In this document: positions 48,263-54,814 of the stretch, piece after piece
Layout of the letters: every line of letters begins with the position of its first letter
Position numbering within the stretch: position 1 is the first letter of the stretch
Origin: Terracidiphilus sp.
GTDB lineage: Bacteria > Acidobacteriota > Terriglobia > Terriglobales > Acidobacteriaceae
Direction: 5' to 3'
NCBI GenBank assembly: GCA_035692885.1
Contig: DASSHM010000081.1
Coordinates: 1 to 54,814, forward strand
Length of the DNA: 54,814 bases
Translations under genes and position numbers: made by a program
Notes under the pieces: model-generated
The model's database searches: none
What the model was told of the DNA's origin: nothing
The model's input: only the letters and a program-made list of their open reading frames with translations

Positions 48263-50758
48263 ATGCCGCTGCTCGAACCCATCCCGGCTCCGGTGGAGCA
48301 CGCAGACCTTATTCCCCTGGAGTGGGGCTCGCTGCTCGCCCTCGTGGCTGGCTTCGCCTCCTCCGCGGTCGGTCGCGAGGCTGTTCTCGCCCTGCATCCC
48401 TCCACCGGCGAAGAGTGGATGACCCGCCAGCATCAACTTATTGATGAGCTGCGTCTGCTGCTGGCCGGGCAGGTGTCCATCGCCCTTGGAGGACTCTTTG
48501 ACCCCACCCAGCTCGTTGCCAGGGCACAGATTCCCGGTGCCGCGCTGGAGGCCCCTGAGTTTCAGTCCCTCGCCCACCTTGCCCGGGATGTTGCCACGTG
48601 GCTGTCGCTTCTTGAGTCGCCTCCCGCCAGCCTCGCCGGCCGGCTCACCGCCCTCTCTGCGCTCCAGGTTGACCTCGCATCCAGCCTCGCCGCCGTCCGG
48701 CCTGCGTCCCTCTCCCGGCTGGCTGAATCCATCGACCGCACCGTCCAGCCCGACGGCTCGCTCGCCGACGACGCCTCGCCGGAGCTGCGCCGCATTCGCC
48801 GCGAACAGGAGCGCCAGCAGCGCGTCATCCACGACAGCCTTCGCGACGCCCTTCGCAGGCTCTCCACTGAAGGCGCAGCCCAGGACGCCCTCATCACAAT
48901 TCGCGGCGACCGCTTTGTCATCCCCGTCCGTAGCGAGCTCAAGCGCCGTGTCTCAGGTGTCGTTCACGGTGTCAGCTCCTCCGGCCAGACTGTCTACGTC
49001 GAGCCGCTAGAAACCATCGAGCAGAACAACGAGCTCGTCCGCCTCATCGAGGAAGAGCAGGCCGAGATCCACCGCATCCTCGTCGAGCTTACCCGCCAGG
49101 TGGACATCTGCGCCCAGCCGCTCGTGCTCGGCGCGCGTGCGCTCGCGCTGGTTGACAGCCTTCTCGCCCGCGCCCGCTTTGCCCGCGAATACGAGTGTGT
49201 TGCCCCGGTCATCTCGCCCGATCGGATCTACCTTGAAGCTGCTCGCCATCCACTGCTTGAGAAGCATCTGCGCTTCGCCGGGGCCAGCACGAATAGCGCC
49301 GTCGTTCCGCTCACCATCGAGCTCACTTCCGGCTCGCGCCAGCTCGTCATCAGCGGCCCCAACACCGGCGGCAAAACCGTCACCCTTAAAACCACCGCCC
49401 TGCTTGCGCTCATGGCCCAGGCCGGCTTGCCCGTGCCGGCGGCGGCCGCTGCCTTCCCTGTCTTCACCTCCTTCCTTGCCGACATCGGCGATGCGCAGTC
49501 CATTGAGGCGGATCTCTCCACCTTCTCCGCCCACATCGTGAATCTCGACCGCATCGCGCGCCTTGCCGGACCCCGTTCGCTGGTTCTGCTCGACGAGCTG
49601 GGCTCCGCCACCGATCCCGAGGAGGGCTCCGCGCTCGCCGTCGCCGTCGCCGCGCACTTCCTCGCGGCCGGAGCGTGGACGCTCATCTCCACCCACCACA
49701 CCTCGCTCAAGGTCTATGCCGCCAACACCCCCGGCGTGCGCAACGCCGCCGCCGGTGTCGACGAGAGGACACTCGTCCCCACCTATCAGCTTCGCCTCGG
49801 CGTTCCCGGAGCCTCCGCCGGCATTCTCACTGCCCAGCGCCTCGGGCTCAACCCGGGCATCATCGCCGATGCCCGCCGCCGGCTCGGCTCCGAGCAGGCT
49901 GATATTGCCCGTTTTCTCGACCGCCTGCATGGCGAGCTTGCCCAGCTTGAGCAGGACCGCAAGGCGGCACGCAACGAGCAATACTCTCTCAACCAGGAGC
50001 GCGCCCGCCTCGCCCGCGAGGGCGATGCCGAGCTGCGCAACCGCACCCGTGAGCTGGAAGCCAGGCTCAACTCGCTGCTCAGGGATTTTGAATATCAGAT
50101 GCGCGAAAATGTCCACGCCATCGAGGACCGCGCCGCTCAACAGAAGTTATCGAAGGAGGCGGAGCGCCGCATCGCGCGCCTTCGCCGCGAGTTTCAGGAG
50201 AGCTTCAACCAGACCGTCGTTGCCCACCGCACCGGCGCTGACCGGCAGGACCCCAACGCCCAGCCGCACATCCTGCGCCACATCGCGCCCGGCGATCGCG
50301 TTCTGCTCAAATCCATGAACAAGGTTGCCGTCGTGCAGCGCGAGCTGGAGAAGGATCTGTTCGAGGTTGCGCTCGGACCCATCAAGATGCGTGTCCGCCG
50401 CGTCGAGTGCGCTCCGCCTCCGGCCCCGGCTGAGCCCGGCGAAACCCCGCTCGCCGCCGTCCGCCGCCAGCCCGGCGTTCGCGTCTCCGTCACGGCTGCC
50501 CGCCCTGATGACATGCGGATGGAAATCAATCTCATCGGCCGCAGTGTCGATGAAGCCACCGGGGAGCTTGAGAAGTACCTCGACCGCGCCTTCCTCGCCG
50601 GGCTGCCCCGTGTCCGCGTCATCCACGGCCACGGCGCGGGCATCCTGCGCCGCGGCGTCCGCGACTTCCTCCGCAACCACCCTCACGTGGCCGCCATCAG
50701 CGAGGCGCCGCAAAACGAAGGCGGCCAGGGCGCCACTCTTGTTGACCTCCGCCAATAG
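48263..50758 (+). CDS. mutS2: MutS2 ATPase with C-terminal Smr domain
   Basis: SGPNTGGKT, DIGD.QSI...LSTFS.H, LDELGSATDP.EG, coiled coil, IHGHGAGILR..GG.GAT. Confidence 0.93.
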   Translation: MPLLEPIPAPVEHADLIPLEWGSLLALVAGFASSAVGREAVLALHPSTGEEWMTRQHQLIDELRLLLAGQVSIALGGLFDPTQLVARAQIPGAALEAPEFQSLAHLARDVATWLSLLESPPASLAGRLTALSALQVDLASSLAAVRPASLSRLAESIDRTVQPDGSLADDASPELRRIRREQERQQRVIHDSLRDALRRLSTEGAAQDALITIRGDRFVIPVRSELKRRVSGVVHGVSSSGQTVYVEPLETIEQNNELVRLIEEEQAEIHRILVELTRQVDICAQPLVLGARALALVDSLLARARFAREYECVAPVISPDRIYLEAARHPLLEKHLRFAGASTNSAVVPLTIELTSGSRQLVISGPNTGGKTVTLKTTALLALMAQAGLPVPAAAAAFPVFTSFLADIGDAQSIEADLSTFSAHIVNLDRIARLAGPRSLVLLDELGSATDPEEGSALAVAVAAHFLAAGAWTLISTHHTSLKVYAANTPGVRNAAAGVDERTLVPTYQLRLGVPGASAGILTAQRLGLNPGIIADARRRLGSEQADIARFLDRLHGELAQLEQDRKAARNEQYSLNQERARLAREGDAELRNRTRELEARLNSLLRDFEYQMRENVHAIEDRAAQQKLSKEAERRIARLRREFQESFNQTVVAHRTGADRQDPNAQPHILRHIAPGDRVLLKSMNKVAVVQRELEKDLFEVALGPIKMRVRRVECAPPPAPAEPGETPLAAVRRQPGVRVSVTAARPDDMRMEINLIGRSVDEATGELEKYLDRAFLAGLPRVRVIHGHGAGILRRGVRDFLRNHPHVAAISEAPQNEGGQGATLVDLRQ

Positions 50759-50984
50759 CGCGGGCCCACGGTCCGGATTCTCGTTTGCGGAGAATTTCCC
50801 CTCGCTGGCGCACACTGGAGATTGATTTCAGGAGAACTGCGGCCTCCCTGCGGCGCTATCCCGCGGCTTGATGCCCGGGGGGGGACCCCCCCTAAAATAT
50901 TTGCAGTTTTCCACAACACTTTTGCGATGAATTACCCCGATCTGTGAAACAGGAGATCGCCCCACGGGAATCGGCGCACAGCAA

Positions 50985-51093
50985 AAAGGTCTCGGCAGAA
51001 AGGCCTCGACAACAAAGCCTCGAAGGTTACCCTCCGAGGCCCTGTTGCGTTGGTTCTATTGTGTCGGTCCTGACGCGTTGGTCCAGACGCGTT
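50985..51093. repeat. short degenerate tandem repeats flanking the clpB terminator
   Basis: AAAGG(T/C)CTCG-like x3 (50985, 50999, 51014) and GGTCC(T/A)GACGCGTT x2 (51066, 51080). Confidence 0.6.
51011..51040 (-). terminator. probable intrinsic terminator of clpB
   Basis: Minus strand GCCTCGGAGG-GTAA-CCTTCGAGGC followed by TTTGTT. Confidence 0.6.
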
Positions 51094-51156
51094 GGCCAGT
51101 TGTGTTCCGGCGGTGCCGTCCCTTTGCGCCCTGGGCCGGAGTCCGCATGGCGGTCA

Positions 51157-53781
51157 CTACGCCATCGCTTCGCGCCCCATCGGCTCAAACCGCAGCTCGT
51201 TGCTCTTGCGATTCACGTCGATGCGCATGTGTGAGCCGTGCAGCACCTCGCCGTCCAGAATCTTCATGGCCAGCGGGTCCTGCACCATCCGCTGCAGCGC
51301 GCGCTTCAGCGGTCGCGCGCCATAGGCCGCGTCCGAGCCTGCCGCCAGAATCAGTTGACGTGCCGGCTCCGTCAGCTCCAGCGAAATCTGCCGGTCCTCC
51401 AGCAGCCTGCGCACCTCGTTCAGCCGCAAATCGAGGATCTGGCCCAGTTGCGCCGCACCCAGCGGACGGAAGATCACAATATCGTCTACGCGGTTCAGAA
51501 ACTCCGGTCTGAAGCTTTCCCTCATCACGTGCATCACGCTCTCGCGCGCCATGTCAAAGTCATGCTCGGTCTTCATCGACTCCGCATTCAAAAATGCCGC
51601 GCCCAGATTCGACGTCATAATCAGCACCGTGTTCTTAAAGTCCACCGTGCGGCCCTTCGAGTCAGTCAGCCGCCCGTCGTCCATCACCTGCAGCAGAATG
51701 TTGAACACATCCGGATGCGCCTTTTCGATTTCGTCAAACAGAATCACCGCATACGGCCTGCGCCGCACAGCCTCGGTCAGTTGTCCGCCCTCGTCATGGC
51801 CCACGTAGCCCGGGGGCGCGCCAATCAGCCGCGCCACCGCGTGCTTCTCCATGTACTCGCTCATGTCGATGCGCACCATGGAGTGCTCGTCGTCAAACAT
51901 GAACTCGGCCAGCGCCCGCGCCGTCTCAGTCTTTCCCACGCCGGTTGGACCCAGAAAGATGAAGGAGCCGATCGGCCGCTTCGGATCGCTCAGTCCCGCG
52001 CGCGAGCGGCGAATGGCATTCGCCACCACGCCGAGGGCGGCATCCTGGCCCACCACGCGCTCGCGCAGCCGCGCCTCCATCTGCACCAGCTTCTTCACCT
52101 CGCCCTCAAGCATGCGCGACACGGGAATGCCGGTCCACTTGCTCACGATCTTGGCAATGTCCTCCTCGTCCACCTCTTCCTTCAGCATGCGCTCCGTGCC
52201 CGCCGCGCCTTCCTGCGCCGCGTTCAGTTGTTTCAGCTCGGCCTCCAGCCGTGGCAAGTCGCCATACTGGATCTGTGCAGCGCGATCGAGCTGGCCCCTG
52301 CGCGTCTGCTCTTCGGCCTCAAAGCGCAGCGCTTCAATCTGCTTCTTCAGGTCGCTGATGCGGGTAATCGCCTCGCGCTCCTTCGTCCAGCGCGCGCGCA
52401 GCGCGGTGATCTGCTCTTTCAGCTCCGCAAGCTCGCGCTCCACCGCCTCCATCCGCTCGCGGCTGTTGGCGTCGGTCTCGCGCTTCAGCGCCGCGCGCTC
52501 AATCTCCAGTGACGTTGCCTCCCGCTCCAGTTGGTCCACTTCAGTGGGAACCGAGCCAATCTGGATGGCCAGCGATGCCGCGGCCTCGTCCACCAGATCA
52601 ATCGCCTTGTCCGGCAGAAAACGGTCGCTGATGTAACGGTGCGACAGCGTCGCCGCGGCCACGATCGCCGAGTCCTTGATGCGCACATTGTGGTGTGCCT
52701 CGTAGCGCTCCTTCAGTCCGCGCAGGATCGCGATGGTGTCCTCCACGTTCGGCTCGCCCACATAGACGATCTGGAAGCGCCGCTCCAGCGCGGCGTCCTT
52801 CTCAATGTGCTTGCGGTATTCGTTCAGGGTGGTTGCGCCAATCGCGCGCAGCTCTCCCCGCGCCAGCGCCGGCTTGAGCATGTTGCTCGCGTCAATCGCG
52901 CCCTCCGCCGCGCCTGCGCCCACCAGCGTGTGCAGCTCGTCAATGAACATGACGATCTGCCCGTTCGACTCCTCAATCTCCTTCAGCACGGCCTTCAGGC
53001 GGTCTTCAAACTCGCCGCGGTATTTCGCTCCGGCCAGCATCGAGCCCAGGTCGAGTGAGATAACGCGCTTCTCGCGCAGCGCCTCCGGCACGTCGCCGGA
53101 GACAATGCGCCGCGCCAGCCCTTCCACAATGGCCGTTTTGCCCACGCCCGGCTCGCCAATCAGCACCGGATTGTTCTTCGTTCTGCGGCTCAGCACTTGA
53201 ATCACGCGGCGAATCTCCTCGTCGCGGCCGATGACGGGATCCAGTTTGCCCCGCCGCGCCAGCTCCGTCAGGTCCTTGGCATACTTCTCCAGCGCCTGAA
53301 ACTTTCCCTCTGGATTCTGGTCGGTCACCCGCTGCGCTCCGCGCACACTGGTCAGTGCCTGCAGAATCGCTTCGTGGGTCGCGCCATGGCTCACCAGCGC
53401 CTCGCGCGCCGCATCGCCCTTCTGGTGAGCAACGCCAAGCAGCAGGTGTTCCGTTGAGACGTACTCGTCCTTGAAGTTCTCCGCCTCGCGAAAGGCCTGG
53501 TCCATCACTTTGCTCAGCGCCTGGCTCATGCCCGGCTGCGCCGCGGCGCCCGCCACCCGCGGCAGCTTCTCTTCAATCCCGTGCAGTTCGCTTTTCAGCC
53601 GCTCCGTGGGGACACCAATCTTCTCAAGCACCGCGGGGATGACTCCTTCGCGGTCCTCCAGCAGGGCCTGCAGCACGTGCACCGGCTGCATCTCGGGATT
53701 GCCGAGATCCACGGCCCTCTGCTGCGCCTCCTGCACCGCCTGCTGCGACTTCACGGTCAGCTTTTCCCAACGGATTGCCAT
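51157..53781 (-). CDS. clpB: ATP-dependent disaggregase ClpB
   Basis: Two AAA modules ([16 protein letters not shown]), a middle coiled coil, RIDMSEY. No ClpP-docking IGF loop. Confidence 0.97.
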   Translation of the reverse strand: MAIRWEKLTVKSQQAVQEAQQRAVDLGNPEMQPVHVLQALLEDREGVIPAVLEKIGVPTERLKSELHGIEEKLPRVAGAAAQPGMSQALSKVMDQAFREAENFKDEYVSTEHLLLGVAHQKGDAAREALVSHGATHEAILQALTSVRGAQRVTDQNPEGKFQALEKYAKDLTELARRGKLDPVIGRDEEIRRVIQVLSRRTKNNPVLIGEPGVGKTAIVEGLARRIVSGDVPEALREKRVISLDLGSMLAGAKYRGEFEDRLKAVLKEIEESNGQIVMFIDELHTLVGAGAAEGAIDASNMLKPALARGELRAIGATTLNEYRKHIEKDAALERRFQIVYVGEPNVEDTIAILRGLKERYEAHHNVRIKDSAIVAAATLSHRYISDRFLPDKAIDLVDEAAASLAIQIGSVPTEVDQLEREATSLEIERAALKRETDANSRERMEAVERELAELKEQITALRARWTKEREAITRISDLKKQIEALRFEAEEQTRRGQLDRAAQIQYGDLPRLEAELKQLNAAQEGAAGTERMLKEEVDEEDIAKIVSKWTGIPVSRMLEGEVKKLVQMEARLRERVVGQDAALGVVANAIRRSRAGLSDPKRPIGSFIFLGPTGVGKTETARALAEFMFDDEHSMVRIDMSEYMEKHAVARLIGAPPGYVGHDEGGQLTEAVRRRPYAVILFDEIEKAHPDVFNILLQVMDDGRLTDSKGRTVDFKNTVLIMTSNLGAAFLNAESMKTEHDFDMARESVMHVMRESFRPEFLNRVDDIVIFRPLGAAQLGQILDLRLNEVRRLLEDRQISLELTEPARQLILAAGSDAAYGARPLKRALQRMVQDPLAMKILDGEVLHGSHMRIDVNRKSNELRFEPMGREAMA

Positions 53782-53836
53782 CCTTCACTCCCCCTTGACG
53801 CAAATGTCATACGACTCAAGTATCATCCCGCATCGG

Positions 53837-53922
53837 CCGGACCAGCCGCCGGACCAGCCATTGACCGGTTCCGGACCAATCCTGGACTGATCCGGGACCG
53901 GTCCGGGACCTGCTATCGACCT
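53837..53922. repeat. 11-bp-period degenerate repeat array (core GGACC)
   Basis: GAC cores at 53840, 53852, 53863, 53874, 53885, 53896, 53907, 53918. Confidence 0.75.
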
Positions 53923-53929
53923 GTACGGC

Positions 53930-53969
53930 AAAAAGCGCGCCGGGCAGACTTGCGGTCTCCACCCGGCGC
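53930..53969 (-). terminator. intrinsic terminator of hsp20
   Basis: Minus strand GCGCCGGG..AGACC-GCAA-GTCT.CCCGGCGC, then GC TTTTT. Confidence 0.75.
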
Positions 53970-54013
53970 CTTCATTCCATTCGACCAGTCAGTGGGCCGG
54001 TCAGTTCTCCGGC

Positions 54014-54463
54014 TTACGCCGCCAGCGAATGGCTAACATTCACCTTGATCTGCTTGGGTTGAGCTTCAGGCTTCTTCTTCAGCTCCAGCTTCAGCACCCC
54101 GGCATTGTACACAGCGTTCACGTGCTCGGAGTCCACCGTGGTGGGCAGCGTGAAGGCGCGATAGAAGCTTCCATAGCGGCGTTCGATGCGATGGAAGTTC
54201 TCCTCTTTCTCCTCCTTCTCGAACTTGCGCTCCCCCTTGACGGTAAGGATGTTGTTCTCCACCCGCACGTCCAGGTCCTTCTCTTCGATGCCCGGAACTT
54301 CAAGCTTGAGCATCACCTTCTTGTCGTCCTCATAGATGTCCACCGCCGGCATGAAGCTGGCAGCCGTCAGCGGATTCCCTTCCTCCGTGTTACGGAACAT
54401 GGAGTTGAAGCGGTCCTGCAAAGCAAGCACTTCCCGGAACGGATCCCAACGAGTAATTGTCAT
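54014..54463 (-). CDS. Hsp20/alpha-crystallin small heat-shock protein
   Basis: PAVDIYE, EVPG, LTVKGER, ERRYGSF.R.F.LP, YNAGVL. GGGGAGG SD. Confidence 0.95.
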   Translation of the reverse strand: MTITRWDPFREVLALQDRFNSMFRNTEEGNPLTAASFMPAVDIYEDDKKVMLKLEVPGIEEKDLDVRVENNILTVKGERKFEKEEKEENFHRIERRYGSFYRAFTLPTTVDSEHVNAVYNAGVLKLELKKKPEAQPKQIKVNVSHSLAA

Positions 54464-54667
54464 GATTCGATACCTCCCCCTTCAGGGCATTCAAGATGGC
54501 CGGTCGAGATCAAATCCCGCCTGCTCAACTAATCTAATGAGACTATAGCATAAATGAAGCATAAAATATTAGCAAATAACGCTCATATTATGGAAATAGG
54601 TTAACTTAATTAGATTCAAATGATTATGGAGGATCAGATTGAGTTCTTCGGGCTGACCAGCCTGAAA

Positions 54668-54814
54668 TCACGCAAATCCAGGGACTGAAATCGCCGTTGA
54701 GGGCTGCTGACCGCTGCCCAGGCGCGTGAAGGTGAGCACGGTGATGTCGTCATCCTGGCCGAATTCCACGGCGGCTTCAGTAGCTCTGGCCGCGTCAGGG
54801 CGCGCCGACAGCAG
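54668..54814 (-). CDS. 3' end of a PP2C/SpoIIE-type phosphatase (partial, runs off the window)
   Basis: Hand translation ...EAAVEFGQDDDITVLTFTRL...GFA* contains the SpoIIE C-terminal DD(D)IT motif. Confidence 0.7.
   Translation of the reverse strand: MLSARPDAARATEAAVEFGQDDDITVLTFTRLGSGQQPSTAISVPGFA

Noticed and set aside
50907-50915. DnaA-box match TTTTCCACA, with mnmG elsewhere in the window, as a sign of oriC
   Set aside because: A single box with no cluster, no dnaA/dnaN/parAB nearby, and mnmG is about 24 kb away.
50944-51234. 96-aa ORF in the mutS2-clpB gap
   Set aside because: It runs through repeats and the terminator, overlaps clpB antisense, and has no SD or recognisable motif.
53837-53922. 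Repeat array as a CRISPR array
   Set aside because: 11-bp period with no unique spacers and no cas genes.
54569-54595. CIRCE (HrcA) element upstream of hsp20
   Set aside because: Only TTAGCA matches; the GAGTGCTAA arm at 9-bp spacing is absent.

Overview
A GC-rich, densely coded bacterial chromosomal window. Gene content and protein style suggest Acidobacteriota (probably Acidobacteriaceae); this is an inference. In order it holds: a sulfate-activation operon (cysD, cysN, APS-reductase cysH, TauE-family permease, then an FNR-like reductase); an ECF-sigma / membrane zinc-ribbon / LytTR cluster; rlmB; der; a DinG helicase; an AT-flanked orphan ATPase; pncA; queD; an LPS operon (waaA-lpxK-waaC plus an ICMT-family methyltransferase and DUF3108); mnmG; a four-gene porin-cytochrome electron conduit; an RNB ribonuclease; tRNA-Arg(CCG); a GH55 glucanase; an S1-like protein; glpKD; prpBCD; mutS2; clpB; hsp20; and the 3' end of a PP2C/SpoIIE phosphatase. 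I found no integrase, transposase or CRISPR array. Four signals stand out. (1) A leaderless 22-codon, 6-Cys leader peptide with mutually exclusive antiterminator and terminator hairpins precedes cysD; it looks like a cysteine-sensing transcriptional attenuator and is missing from the ORF track. (2) An MtrA/MtrB-like decaheme-porin pair is followed by a monoheme cytochrome and an ImcH-like inner-membrane cytochrome, with no MtrC. (3) An LmtA-like candidate lipid A methyltransferase sits inside the Kdo/lipid A operon. (4) An 11-bp-phased repeat array lies in the clpB promoter region. All family calls come from motif recognition by eye, not database searches.
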